From positions 244,156,001 through 244,220,000 of the forward strand of contig OZ024743.1 in assembly GCA_964016885.1 (NCBI GenBank): 64,000 nt of DNA, read 5' to 3'. Source of the DNA: Eledone cirrhosa (lineage: Eukaryota). The notes beneath the pieces are model-generated. The model made no database searches and was not told the origin of the DNA. It saw only the letters and a program-made list of their open reading frames with translations. The position numbers and the translations under genes are program-made. Positions 1 to 11,494 of the stretch are shown here, piece by piece; within the stretch, counting starts at the first letter, position 1; each line of letters starts with the position of its first letter.

Positions 1-619
1 GGTTCAATGAAATAAAGTATGAGGCAATTACTGCAGTCGATTTTATTAACTTTCTCCTCCCCGCGAAAATAGTTGGTCTCTCAGCCTAAATTAAAAACCA
101 TTAATATTCTTGTTGTTATCGTTATTTAACTTCAGGTCCGTCCTGATCCAATAGAAGCATGATCAAAATGAGAAAGGTATCCTCAATTTAAAGACTTAAG
201 TCGAAAGCTTGCAACCCAGTGTACTTCGCTAGTCACCAAAGAGTCCTCTGGATGGATTGAACTGTGACAGATTATTTGCCACCTAAGACATTTGAATTTA
301 GAATGCAAAGAACCTGGCCAAACACCACTTCTTGTGCGATGCTATAACAAATCCGCTAACTCATCACCCTGGAGTGCTACATTATTTTATTATTCTAGAA
401 ATGGAGAGGACAAAAGATGACTTCAGCGGGATTTGAACTCTAAGAGTAGAGAGCCGGAACAAATATTTCAAAGCATAATGACTCTCAGTTGGGCATTTTA
501 TCTTTGTTACTTTAGTAATTACCCCCTTATTGCATTGTTAGTGATATCTTATTCTACGATACTATTTGTGTTGTTGACGTTAGTCTTATCAACAATTGCA
601 TTATTGCCACTGTTGTTAG

Positions 620-835
620 GGAAATGGATTGACAGAATCGTTAGAGCGCCGGACAATATGCTTTACGTCATTAAGTAACGGCTCTTTACATTCTGAGTTC
701 AAATCCAGTGATATTCAGCTTTGCCATTTATCCTTCAGAAGTCGATGAAATAATATACCAGTCAAATACTAGGGTGATCTAGCCGATTTCCCATACACCA
801 AATTGCTGGCCTTGTGTCTAAATTAGAAACCAATA
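620..835 (+). mobile_element. tRNA-derived-type SINE, family A (other copies/fragments at ~240-480(-), 26930-27060, 39180-39550, 45340-45490, 52430-52580(-), 55230-55520, 55940-56280(-))
   Basis: Recurrent GGCAGAATCGTTAG...GAGTTCAAATCC (B-box-like)...TTTGCCTTTCATCCTT..GTCGATAAAATAAGTACCAG sequence at many dispersed sites. Confidence 0.7.
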
Positions 836-1417
836 TTGGTGTTTTTTGTAATCAGTTGTGAGCAATGATATTGTTACTGTTGTGTTTGTTGTTATTCTAT
901 TTGCGACAACAATATAGTTACTGTTGTTATTATTGTTAATTATGCTGTAATTATTTCTCCAAATAACGTGCACACACATACATACATTTCCTCAAATTAG
1001 CTGACTAAACACATACTCTTTTACTCTTTTACCTGTTCATCCATCAGGCTGAGGCCATGCTGGGGCAACGCCCTCGCCATACACACTTTCCTTCCGTAAA
1101 ACATTTTTTTCTGTTTCTTCCCCTTCTTCCTCTTGTCTATCTTTCTATTTCTTCTTCTATTTCTCATTCTATCTTCTGATGAACGACTACGTCCGAACCA
1201 TTATCACTCTTTTCCTACCATATCAGGTGTGAATCTAATATTTATTTTCATTTTACTGTATCGTCCCCCTCCGTTGTTTTACCTCGTTGACTTACATTTA
1301 TATCTATATAAATATATATACACACACACACACACGCACACGCACACGCACACGCACACACACACACACACACGCACGCACGCGCGCGCGTATATTTATA
1401 TATATATATATATATAT

Positions 1418-1448
<31 letters not shown>

Positions 1449-1838
1449 AACTGAGTTCGAGGGTTATAAATTGAAGTAATGACTGTATTCCAGGCCATTC
1501 TCCCTTTTTCACATTTTGTAGAACAACAAAACAAGTAAATCCTGGATACAGTGAATTAATAATGATGTGATAACTACACTTCATTCTAGTGAAGTGTAGT
1601 TGATTAAAAAAATGTATTAATTTCTAACCCAAACACAAGGAATCTCATTTGCGCGTACTTCAATATTTTATCCTTTGGAAAGATGAAAAGCAAAGTTCAC
1701 ATTGGCCGGATTCGCAATCAGAACGATATTTTTTAACATTTTGTAATCCTGTTTTATTTTTTATAATAGATTCTGTTGTTAATTGTTTATTTCGCTTACA
1801 CCTGTCTGTTGCTTCAGTCTCATTTATATATATATATA

Positions 1839-1849
1839 TCTTTTTTTAG
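1839..1849 (+). promoter_or_regulatory. 3' splice acceptor (phase 0) for the giant exon
   Basis: tctttttttag|G directly at the transition from AT-rich intron-like DNA to the coding repeat. Confidence 0.6.
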
Positions 1850-4800
1850 GCTTCTTTGAAGATTTTCAGTAACCACTCAATTTTCAGTGATGAAATAGCT
1901 ATGATAGAAAACTCAAGTACGATTGAAGACTTAGCTCTGATTGAATACTCAGCTATGATTGAAGTCACAACTATGATTGAAGACTCGGATATGATTGAAT
2001 ACTCAACTATGATTGAAGATTCAGCTATTGAAGAGTCAGATCTGAGTGGAGAGTCGACTCCGAATGAAGATTCAGATTTCATCGAAGACTTAATTCTGAT
2101 TGATGGCTCATTTCAGATTAAAGAAACAGCTATGATTGAAGATTTAGCTATGATTGAAGAGATAGCTTTTGCAGAAAAATTAGCTTTGATTGAAGAATCA
2201 ACAATGACAGAGTACAACACTCTCTTTGAAGACTCAGCTTCGATTGATGATTCAACACTGTTTGCGGACTCAGGTTTTATTGAAGAATCAGTTCGGAATA
2301 AAGGTTCACCTAAGATCAACGACGATTTAAGTCCGATTATAGACTCAATTATGGAGGAATACTCAGCTCTAATAAAAAAGTTAGATCTAGTTCCGATTGA
2401 CGACTCAGTTTTAAGAGCAACAAATGAAGACTCATATTTGATTAAACATTCAGCTTTGAATGGTTCAGATGTCATGGATGATTCAACTTTGAATAATGAC
2501 TTAACTGTGATTGAAGAATCCTACCTGAGTGAAGACTCATTTCTCATGGAAGTCCTAGCTGGGATTGAAGACTCAGTTATTATTGACAAATTAGAAGATT
2601 TCATTGAAAACTTAAATTTGATTGAAGATTTTTCTATGATGGAAGACGCGGCGGTGAATAAAGATTCCTCTATGATTGAAAATTCACATTTGACTGAAGA
2701 ATCAGTTCCATTTTACGGATCATCTCTGATTGAAAACCCAGCTGTGACTGAAAACACAAATGTGAATGAAGTTTCAGCTCCCATTGAAGCCCCAAGTGAG
2801 ATGGATGACTCATCTTTGATTGAAAGCTCAACTCTGACTGAATATTCATCTCTAATTCAAGATACAGCTGTAATTGAAAACTCAGCTCTTAGTGAAGCCC
2901 CAAGAGAGATGAAAGACTCGTCTATGATTGAAGACACATCTTTGATTGAAGACTCAATTTCAAAAGACGATTCACTTATAATTGTAGATCCAATTCTGAT
3001 TAATGACTCAACCCTGGTTGATGATTCAGCTGAGATTAAGACTCTATATTTGATGAAAGATTCAGTTCCAATTGAAAGTCAAGCTATGGAGGATGATACA
3101 GATAAGATTGAAGGCTCAGTTCCAATTTTCGGTTCAGCTCTAATTGAAAACCCAGTAGTGACTGAAGACACAAACATGAATGAAGTCTTAGTTCGAATTG
3201 CATATACAGCTTTGATTGAAGACTCTGCTTTGATTGGTGTCTCAACTGAATTTCAGGATTCCCCTTTGATTGAAGATTCAGAAAATGAATGCTCAACTCC
3301 AACTGAAGATCCAACTCTGATTGAAGACTCAAATCTGATTGAAAGATCAGCTCCAATTATAGATCGAGCTCCAGTAGATGACTCGACTATGACTGAAAAT
3401 TCAGTTGTAATTAAAGATTCATCTTTGATTAAAGAATCTATTATTGAATCATCAGCTATGATTGAAAACTCATCTCTCATTACAGACCCACCTTTGATTG
3501 AAGGCTCAACTGTGACTGTCGATTCATCGTTAATTGAAGATCCAGCTGTAGTTGAAGACTCAGAACTTATTGAAGCCTTATATGGGATGGAAGACACATC
3601 TTTGACTGAAGACTCAACTCCGACTGAAGATTCAGCTGCAATTGAAGACTCGGTTCTTCTTAAAGCCCCAAATGAAATGGAAGACTCGTCTTTTATTGAA
3701 GGCTCAACTCTAACAGAAGATTCTTCTCTAATTGAAAATGCAGCTGTAATTGAAGTTTTGGATCTTATTGAAGCCCCAAATGTGATGGAAGACTCATATA
3801 TAATAGAAAACTCATCCTTGATAGAAAACTCATATTTGATTGAAGAATCAATTCCAAAAGAGGATTCACTTATAATTGAAGATCCAATTCTGGTTAATAA
3901 CTCAAATCTGGTTGATGATTCAGCTGAGATTAAGACTTCATATTTGATTGCAGATTCAGTTCCAATTGAAAGTCAAGCTATGGTGGACGATACAGATGAG
4001 ATTGAAGGCGCAGTTCCAATCAATGGATCAGTTCTAATTGAAAACCCAGTAGTGACTCAAGACACAAATCTGATTGAATGGTCAGCTCCAATTGCAGATT
4101 CACCTTTGATTGAAGACTCAACAAGTAAAAGTTCAACTTCAATTGAAGATCTAATTCTGATTGAAAGATCAGCTCCAGGTGTTGATGCAGCTCCATTTGA
4201 AGAGTTAACTATGGCACAAAATTCAGTTGTAAATAAAGATTCATTTGTGATTAAAGAATCTATTACTGAAGAATCTGCTATGATTGAAAACTCATCTCTC
4301 ATTAAAGACCCACATTTGATTGAAGATTCAACTCTGACTGAAGATTCAACTCTGACTGAAGATTCATCTCTAACTGAAGATCCAGCTGTAATTGAAGACT
4401 CGGCTGTTAGTGAAGCCCCAAATGAAATGGAAGACATATCTTTGATTGAAGGCTCAACTCTGACTGAAGATTCATCCTTAATTGAAGATCTAACTGTAAT
4501 TGAAGGCTTGGCACTTATTGAAGCCCCAAGTGAGATGGATGACTCATCTTATTATGAAGGCTCAACTCTGATTAAAATTTCATATCAAATTGAATATCCA
4601 GCTATAATTGAAGACTTGGATCTTATTGAAGCCACAAATGAGATGGAAAACTCGTCTTTGATTGAAGGCTCAACTCTGACAGAAGATTCATCTCTGATTG
4701 ATGATCCAAATACAATTGAAGACTCGGGTCTTAGTGAAGCCCCAACTGAGATGGAAGACTCATCTTTGATTGAAGGCTCAACTCTGACTGAATATTCATT

Positions 4801-7800
4801 TCTAATTGAATATCTAGCTGTAGTTGAAGACTTGGCCCTTATTGAAGCTCCAAGTGAGTTCGATGATTCATCTTTGACTGAAGGCTCAACTCTACCTGAA
4901 GATTCATCCTTAGTTGAAGATCCAGCTGTAATTGAAGACTCGGCTCACAGTGAAGCCCCAAATGAGATAGAAGACGCATCTTTGATTGAAGGCGCATCTT
5001 TGATTGAAGACTCATATTTGATTCAAGACTCAATTCCAAAAGAGGATTCACTTGTAATTGAAGATCCAATTCTGATTAATGACTCAAATCTGGTTGATGA
5101 TTCAGCTGAGATTAAGAATTCATATTTGATTGAAGATTTAGTTCCAATTGAAAACCTAGTAGTGACTCAAGACACATATGTGATTGAAGGGTCAGCTCCA
5201 ATTGCAGATTCACCTTTGATTGAAAACTCGGCAAGTGAAGGCTCAACTTCATTTGACGATCTAACTGTGATTAAAGATTCATTTGAGATTGAAAGATCAG
5301 CTCCATGTGATGATGCAGCTCCAGTTGAAGAGTCAACTTTGACACAAATCTCAGTTGTAAATAAAGATTCATTTGTGATTAAAGAATCTATTACTGAAGA
5401 ATCTGCTATGATTGAAAACTCATCTCTCATTAAAGACCCACATTTGATTGAAGATTCAACTCTGACTGAAGATTCAACTCTGACTGAAGATTCATCTCTA
5501 ACTGAAGATCCAGCTGTAATTGAAGACTCGGCTGTTAGTGAAGCCCCAAATGAAATGGAAGACATATCTTTGATTGAAGGCTCAACTCTGACTGAAAATT
5601 CATCCTTAATTGAAGATCTAACTGTAATTGAAGGCTTGGCACTTATTGAAGCCCCAAGTGAGATGGATGACTCATCTTATTATGAAGGCTCAACTCTGAT
5701 TGAAATTTCATCTCAAATTGAATATCCAGCTATAATTGAAGACTTGGATCTTATTGAAGCCACAAATGAGATGGAAAACTCGTCTTTGATTGAAGGCTCA
5801 ACTCTGACAGAAGATTCATCTCTGATTGATGATCCAAATACAATTGAAGACTCGGGTCTTAGTGAAGCCCCAACTGAGATGGAAGACTCATCTTTGATTG
5901 AAGGCTCAACTCTGACTGAATATTCATTTCTAATTGAATATCTAGCTGTAGTTGAAGACTTGGCCCTTATTGAAGCCCCAAGTGAGTTCGATGATTCATC
6001 TTTGACTGAAGGCTCAACTCTACCTGAAGATTCATCCTTAGTTGAAGATCCAGCTGTAATTGAAGACTCGGCTCACAGTGAAGCCCCAAATGAGATGGAA
6101 GACGCATCTTTGATTGAAGGCGCATCTTTGATTGAAGACTCATCTTTGATTCAAGACTCAATTCTAAAAGAGGATTCACTTGTAATTGAAGATCCAATTC
6201 TGATTAATGACTCAAATCTGGTTGATGATTCAGCTGAGATTAAGAATTCATATTTGATTGAAGATTTAGTTCCAATTGAAAATGAAGGTATGGTGGACGA
6301 TACAGATGAGATTGAAGGATCAGTTCCAATCAATGGATCAGTTCTAATTGAAAACCTAGTAGTGACTCAAGACACATATGTAATTGAAGGGTCAGCTCCA
6401 ATTGCAGATTCACCTTTGATTGAAAACTCAGCAAGTGAAGGCTCAACTTCATTTGACGATCTAACTGTGATTAAAGATTCATTTGAGATTGAAAGATCAG
6501 CTCCATGTGATGATGTAGCTCCAGTTGAAGAGTCAACTTTGACACAAATCTCAGTTGTAAATAAAGATTCATTTGTGATTAAAGAATCTATTACTGAAGA
6601 ATCTGCTATGATTGAAAACTCATCTCTCATTAAAGACCCACATTTGATTGAAGATTCAACTCTGACTGAAGATTCATCTCTAACTGAAGATCCAGTTGTA
6701 ATTGAAGACTCAGCTCTCAGTGAAGCCCCAAATGAGATGCAAGACACATCTTTGATTGAAGGCTCAACTCTGCCTGAAGATTCATCCTTAGTTGAAGATC
6801 CAGCTGTAATTGCAGACTCGGCTGTTAGTAAAGCCCCAATTGAGATGGAAGACGCATCTTTGATTGAAGGCGCATCTTTGATTGAAGACTCATCTTTGAT
6901 TCAAGACTCAATTCCAAAAGAGGATTCACTTGTAATTGAAGATCCAATTCTGATTAATGACTCAAATCTGGTTGATGATTCAGCTGAGATTAAGAATTCA
7001 TATTTGATTGAAGATTTAGTTCCAATTGAAAATGAAGGTATGGTGGACGATGCAGATGCGATTGAAGGATCAGTTCCAATCAATGGATCAGTTCTAATTG
7101 AAAACCCAGTAGTGACTCAAGACACAGATGTGATTGAAGGGTCAGCTCCAATTGCAGATTCACCTTTGATTGAAGACTCAGCAAGTGAAGGCTCAACTTC
7201 ATTTGACGATCTAACTGTGATTAAAGATTCATATGAGATTGAAAGATCAGCTCCATGTGATGATGCAGCTCCAGTTGAAGAGTCAACTATGACACAAAAC
7301 TCAGTTGTAAATAAAGATTCATTTGTGATTAAAGAATCTATTACTGAAGAATCTGCTATGAATGAAAACTCATCTCTCATTAAAGACCCACATTTGATTG
7401 AAGATTCAACTCTGACTGAAGATTCATCTCTAACTGAAGATCCAGCTGTAATTGAAGACTCAGCTGTTAGTGAAGCCCTAAATGAAATGGAAGACATATC
7501 TTTGATTGAAGGCGCATCTTTGATTGAAGACTCATCTTTGATTCAAGACTCAATTCCAAAAGAGGATTCACTTGTAATTGAAGATCCAATTAAGATTAAG
7601 GACTCAAATCTGGTTGATGATTCAGCCGAGATTAAGAATTCATATTTGATTGAAGATTTAGTTCCAATTGAAAATGAAGGTATGGTGGACGATACAGATG
7701 AGATTGAAAGATCAGCTCCATGTGACGATGCAGCTCCAGTTGAAGAGTCAACTATGACACAAACCTCAGTTGTAACTACAGATTCATTTACGTTTGAAGC

Positions 7801-10800
7801 ATCTATCACTGACGAATCTGCTATGATTGAAAATTCATCTCTCATTAAAGACCCACATTTGATTGAAGATTCAACTCTGACTGATGATTCATCTCTAACT
7901 GAAGATCCAGCTGTAATTGAAGACTCAGCTGTTAGTGAAGCCCCAAATGAAATGGAAGACATATCTTTGATTGAAGGCGCATCTTTGATTGAAGACTCAC
8001 CTTTGATTGAAGACTCAATTCCAAATGAGGATTCAATTTTGATCGAAGATCCAATTCTGATTAATGATTCAAATCTGGTTGATGATTCAGCTGAGATGAA
8101 GACTTCATATTTGATTGAAAATTCAGTTTCAATTGAAAGTGAAGCTATGGTGCACGATACAGATAACAATGATGGCTCAGTTCCAATCTCCAGATCAGCT
8201 CTAATTGAAAGCCCAGTAGTGATTGAAGACACAAACATGAATGAAGTCATAGTTCCAATTGCAGATTCAGCTTTGATTGAAAACTCAGCTTTGATTGATG
8301 TCTCAACTGTGTTTCAGGATTCACCTTTGATTGAAGACTCAGTAATTGAAGGCTCAACTCCAATTGAAGATTCAACTCTGATTGAAAACTCAGATTTGAT
8401 TGAAAGATCAGCTCCAGTTGTAGATCCAGCTCCAGTTGAAGATTCAAGTATGATTGAAAATTCAGTTATAACTAAAGATTCATCTTTGATTAAAGAATCA
8501 ATTATTGATACATCAGCTATGATTGAAGACTCATCACTCATTAAAGACTCACCTTTGATTGAAGGCTTAACTGTGACTGAAGATTCATCTCAAATTGAAG
8601 ATCCAGCTGTAATTGAAGACTCGGCTGTTAGTGAAGCCCTAGATGAGATGGAAGATTCATCTTCGATTGACGGCTCAACTCTGACAGATGATTCATCTCG
8701 AATTGAATATCCAGCTTCAACTGAAGACTCGGGTCTTAGTGATGTGACAAGTGATATGGGAGACTCGTGTTTTATTGAGGGCTCAACTCTGACTGAAGAT
8801 TCATCTCAAATTGAAGATCCAGCTTTAATTGAAGACTTGGATATTAATGAAGCCCCAAATGAGATGGAAGACTCGTCTTTGATTGAACGCTCAACTCTGA
8901 CAGAAGTTTCATCTCTAATTGATGATCTAGCTGTAATTGAAGACTCGGATTTTAGTGAAGCCCCAAGTGAGATCGATGATTCATCTTTGACTGAAGGCTC
9001 AATTCTGCCTGAAGATTCATCCTTAATTGAAGATCCAGCTGTAATTGAAGACACGGCTGTTAATGACGCCCCAATTGAGATGGAAGACACATGTTTGATT
9101 GACGACTCAATTCCAAAAGAGGATTCACTTATAATCGAAGATCCAATTCTGATTAATGACTCAAATCTGGTTGATGATTCGGCTGAGACTAAGAATTCAT
9201 ATTTGATTGAAGATTCAGCTCCAATTAAAAGTCATGCTATGGTGGACGATACAGATAAGAATGAAGGCTCAGTTCCAATCACCAGATCAGCTCTAATTGA
9301 AAACCCAGTAGTTGAAGACACAAACATGAATGAAGTCTTAGTTCCAATTGCAGATTCAGCTTCGATTGAAGTCTCAGTTTTGATTGATGTCTTAACTGAG
9401 TTTCAGGATTCACCTTTGATTGAAGACTCAGCAATTGAAGGCTCAACTCCAGAATCAATTATTGAAGCTTCAGCTGTGATTGAAAACTTATCTATCATTA
9501 AAGATGCACCTTTGATTGAAGGCTCAACTTTCACTGAAGATTTATCTCCAATTGAACATCCAGCTGTAATTGAAGACTCGGTTGTTAGTGAAGCCCGAAA
9601 TGAGATGGAAGACGCATCTTTGATTGAAGATTCAACTCTGCCTGAAGATTCATCCTTAATTGAAGATCCAGCTGTAATTGAAGACTCGGCTGTTAGTGAA
9701 GCCGCAATTGAGATGGAAGATGCATCTTTGATTCAAGGCGCATCTTTGATTGAAGACTCATCTTTGATTGAAGAGTCAATTCCAAAAGACAATTCGCTTA
9801 TAATCGAAGATCCAATTCTGATTAATGACTCAGCTCTGGTTAATGATTCAGCTAAAACCTCATATTTGATGGAAGATTCAGTTCCAATTGAAAGTCAAGC
9901 TCTGGTGGACGATACAGATAAGAATGAAGGCTCGGTTCCAATCGCCAGATCAGCTCTAATTGGAAACCTAGATGTGATTGAAGACACAAACATGAATGAA
10001 GTCTTAGTTCAAATTGCAGATTCAGCTTTGATTGAAGACTCAGCTTTGATTGATGTCTCAACTGAGTTTCAGGATTCAACTTTGATTGAAGAGTCAGCAA
10101 TTGAAGGCTCAACTCCAATTGAAGATCCAACTCTGATTGAAGACTCAGATGTGATTGAAAGATCAGCTCCAGTTATAGATCTAGCTCTAGTAGAAAACTC
10201 AACTATGACTGAAGATTCAGTTGTAATTAAAAATTTATCTTTGATTAAAGAATCTATTATTGAAGCGTCAGCTGTGATTGAAAACTCATCTATCATTAAA
10301 GACCAACATTTGATTGAATGCTCAACTGTCACTGAAGATTTATCCACAATTGAAGATCTAGCTGTAATTGATAACTCAGATCTTACTGAAGCCCTAATTG
10401 AGATGGTAGATTCAGCTTTGATTGAAGGCGTAACTGTGACTGTAGATTCATCTCTAATTGAAAATACAGGTGTAATTGAAGACTTGGCTGATAGTGAAGC
10501 CCCAAGTAAGATGGAGGATGCATCTTTGATTGAAAGCCCATCTTTGATAGAAGACTCATCTTTGATTGAAGACTCTGCTTTGATTGATGTCTCAACTGAA
10601 TTTCAGGATTCACCTTTGATTGAACACTCAGCAATTGAAGGCTCAACTCCAATTGATGATACAACTCTCATTGAAGACTCAGATCTGATTGAAAGAGCCG
10701 CTCTAGCTGTGGATCAAGCTCCAGTAGAAGGCTCAATTATGACTGAAAATTCAGTTGTAACAAAAGATTCATCTTTGATAAAAGCATGTATTATTGAAGC

Positions 10801-11494
10801 TTCAGCAATGATTAAAAACTCACCTATCATTAAAGACCCACCCTTGAATGAAGGCTCAACTCTGACTGAAGATTCATCTCTACTTGAAGATCCAGCTGTA
10901 ATTGAAGATTCGGTTCTTAGTGAAGCCCGAAATAAAATGGAAGACGCATCTTTGATTGAAGACGCATCTTTGATTGAAGGCGCATCTTTGATAGAAGACT
11001 CATCTTTGATTGAAGACTCAATTCCAAAAGAGGATTTACTTATAATCGAAGATCCAATTCTGATTAATGACTCAGCTCTGGTTGATGATTCAGCTAAAAC
11101 CTCATATTTGATGGAAGATTCTGTTCCAATTGAAAGTAAAGCTCTGGTGGACGATACAGATAAGAATGAAGGCTCAGTTCCAATCTCCAGATCAGCTCTA
11201 ATTGAAAACCCAGTAGTGATTGAAGACACAAACATGAATGATGTCTTAGTTCAAATTGCAGATTCAGCTGTGATAGAAGACTCTGCTTTGATTGCTGTCT
11301 CAACTGAGTTTCAGGATTCACCTTTGATTGAAGACTCAGCAATTGAAGGCTCAACTCCAATTGAAGATCCAACTCTGTTTGAAGACTCAGATCTGATTGA
11401 AAGATCAGCTCCAGTTGTTGATCAAGCTCTAGTTGAAGATTCAACTATGACTGAAATTACAGTTGTAATTAAAGATTCATCTTTGATTAAATAA
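1850..11494 (+). CDS. Giant acidic repetitive protein exon (>3200 aa; E/D/S/I/L-rich, hexapeptide-periodic xLIEDS); start codon presumably in an upstream exon
   Basis: 9.6-kb stop-free frame in AT-rich DNA made of diverged repeats. Polypyrimidine + AG acceptor (tctttttttag, AG at 1848-1849) puts GCT-TCT-TTG exactly in frame. Ends at TAA 11492-11494, where sibling repeats have GAA. Confidence 0.65.
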   Translation, partial: ASLKIFSNHSIFSDEIAMIENSSTIEDLALIEYSAMIEVTTMIEDSDMIEYSTMIEDSAIEESDLSGESTPNEDSDFIEDLILIDGSFQIKETAMIEDLAMIEEIAFAEKLALIEESTMTEYNTLFEDSASIDDSTLFADSGFIEESVRNKGSPKINDDLSPIIDSIMEEYSALIKKLDLVPIDDSVLRATNEDSYLIKHSALNGSDVMDDSTLNNDLTVIEESYLSEDSFLMEVLAGIEDSVIIDKLEDFIENLNLIEDFSMMEDAAVNKDSSMIENSHLTEESVPFYGSSLIENPAVTENTNVNEVSAPIEAPSEMDDSSLIESSTLTEYSSLIQDTAVIENSALSEAPREMKDSSMIEDTSLIEDSISKDDSLIIVDPILINDSTLVDDSAEIKTLYLMKDSVPIESQAMEDDTDKIEGSVPIFGSALIENPVVTEDTNMNEVLVRIAYTALIEDSALIGVSTEFQDSPLIEDSENECSTPTEDPTLIEDSNLIERSAPIIDRAPVDDSTMTENSVVIKDSSLIKESIIESSAMIENSSLITDPPLIEGSTVTVDSSLIEDPAVVEDSELIEALYGMEDTSLTEDSTPTEDSAAIEDSVLLKAPNEMEDSSFIEGSTLTEDSSLIENAAVIEVLDLIEAPNVMEDSYIIENSSLIENSYLIEESIPKEDSLIIEDPILVNNSNLVDDSAEIKTSYLIADSVPIESQAMVDDTDEIEGAVPINGSVLIENPVVTQDTNLIEWSAPIADSPLIEDSTSKSSTSIEDLILIERSAPGVDAAPFEELTMAQNSVVNKDSFVIKESITEESAMIENSSLIKDPHLIEDSTLTEDSTLTEDSSLTEDPAVIEDSAVSEAPNEMEDISLIEGSTLTEDSSLIEDLTVIEGLALIEAPSEMDDSSYYEGSTLIKISYQIEYPAIIEDLDLIEATNEMENSSLIEGSTLTEDSSLIDDPNTIEDSGLSEAPTEMEDSSLIEGSTLTEYSFLIEYLAVVEDLALIEAPSEFDDSSLTEGSTLPEDSSLVEDPAVIEDSAHSEAPNEIEDASLIEGASLIEDSYLIQDSIPKEDSLVIEDPILINDSNLVDDSAEIKNSYLIEDLVPIENLVVTQDTYVIEGSAPIADSPLIENSASEGSTSFDDLTVIKDSFEIERSAPCDDAAPVEESTLTQISVVNKDSFVIKESITEESAMIENSSLIKDPHLIEDSTLTEDSTLTEDSSLTEDPAVIEDSAVSEAPNEMEDISLIEGSTLTENSSLIEDLTVIEGLALIEAPSEMDDSSYYEGSTLIEISSQIEYPAIIEDLDLIEATNEMENSSLIEGSTLTEDSSLIDDPNTIEDSGLSEAPTEMEDSSLIEGSTLTEYSFLIEYLAVVEDLALIEAPSEFDDSSLTEGSTLPEDSSLVEDPAVIEDSAHSEAPNEMEDASLIEGASLIEDSSLIQDSILKEDSLVIEDPILINDSNLVDDSAEIKNSYLIEDLVPIENEGMVDDTDEIEGSVPINGSVLIENLVVTQDTYVIEGSAPIADSPLIENSASEGSTSFDDLTVIKDSFEIERSAPCDDVAPVEESTLTQISVVNKDSFVIKESITEESAMIENSSLIKDPHLIEDSTLTEDSSLTEDPVVIEDSALSEAPNEMQDTSLIEGSTLPEDSSLVEDPAVIADSAVSKAPIEMEDASLIEGASLIEDSSLIQDSIPKEDSLVIEDPILINDSNLVDDSAEIKNSYLIEDLVPIENEGMVDDADAIEGSVPINGSVLIENPVVTQDTDVIEGSAPIADSPLIEDSASEGSTSFDDLTVIKDSYEIERSAPCDDAAPVEESTMTQNSVVNKDSFVIKESITEESAMNENSSLIKDPHLIEDSTLTEDSSLTEDPAVIEDSAVSEALNEMEDISLIEGASLIEDSSLIQDSIPKEDSLVIEDPIKIKDSNLVDDSAEIKNSYLIEDLVPIENEGMVDDTDEIERSAPCDDAAPVEESTMTQTSVVTTDSFTFEASITDESAMIENSSLIKDPHLIEDSTLTDDSSLTEDPAVIEDSAVSEAPNEMEDISLIEGASLIEDSPLIEDSIPNEDSILIEDPILINDSNLVDDSAEMKTSYLIENSVSIESEAMVHDTDNNDGSVPISRSALIESPVVIEDTNMNEVIVPIADSALIENSALIDVSTVFQDSPLIEDSVIEGSTPIEDSTLIENSDLIERSAPVVDPAPVEDSSMIENSVITKDSSLIKESIIDTSAMIEDSSLIKDSPLIEGLTVTEDSSQIEDPAVIEDSAVSEALDEMEDSSSIDGSTLTDDSSRIEYPASTEDSGLSDVTSDMGDSCFIEGSTLTEDSSQIEDPALIEDLDINEAPNEMEDSSLIERSTLTEVSSLIDDLAVIEDSDFSEAPSEIDDSSLTEGSILPEDSSLIEDPAVIEDTAVNDAPIEMEDTCLIDDSIPKEDSLIIEDPILINDSNLVDDSAETKNSYLIEDSAPIKSHAMVDDTDKNEGSVPITRSALIENPVVEDTNMNEVLVPIADSASIEVSVLIDVLTEFQDSPLIEDSAIEGSTPESIIEASAVIENLSIIKDAPLIEGSTFTEDLSPIEHPAVIEDSVVSEARNEMEDASLIEDSTLPEDSSLIEDPAVIEDSAVSEAAIEMEDASLIQGASLIEDSSLIEESIPKDNSLIIEDPILINDSALVNDSAKTSYLMEDSVPIESQALVDDTDKNEGSVPIARSALIGNLDVIEDTNMNEVLVQIADSALIEDSALIDVSTEFQDSTLIEESAIEGSTPIEDPTLIEDSDVIERSAPVIDLALVENSTMTEDSVVIKNLSLIKESIIEASAVIENSSIIKDQHLIECSTVTEDLSTIEDLAVIDNSDLTEALIEMVDSALIEGVTVTVDSSLIENTGVIEDLADSEAPSKMEDASLIESPSLIEDSSLIEDSALIDVSTEFQDSPLIEHSAIEGSTPIDDTTLIEDSDLIERAALAVDQAPVEGSIMTENSVVTKDSSLIKACIIEASAMIKNSPIIKDPPLNEGSTLTEDSSLLEDPAVIEDSVLSEARNKMEDASLIEDASLIEGASLIEDSSLIEDSIPKEDLLIIEDPILINDSALVDDSAKTSYLMEDSVPIESKALVDDTDKNEGSVPISRSALIENPVVIEDTNMNDVLVQIADSAVIEDSALIAVSTEFQDSPLIEDSAIEGSTPIEDPTLFEDSDLIERSAPVVDQALVEDSTMTEITVVIKDSSLIK

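Noticed and set aside
680-720. tRNA genes suggested by GTTCAAATCC B-boxes
   Set aside because: No cloverleaf; these are heads or bodies of dispersed SINE copies.
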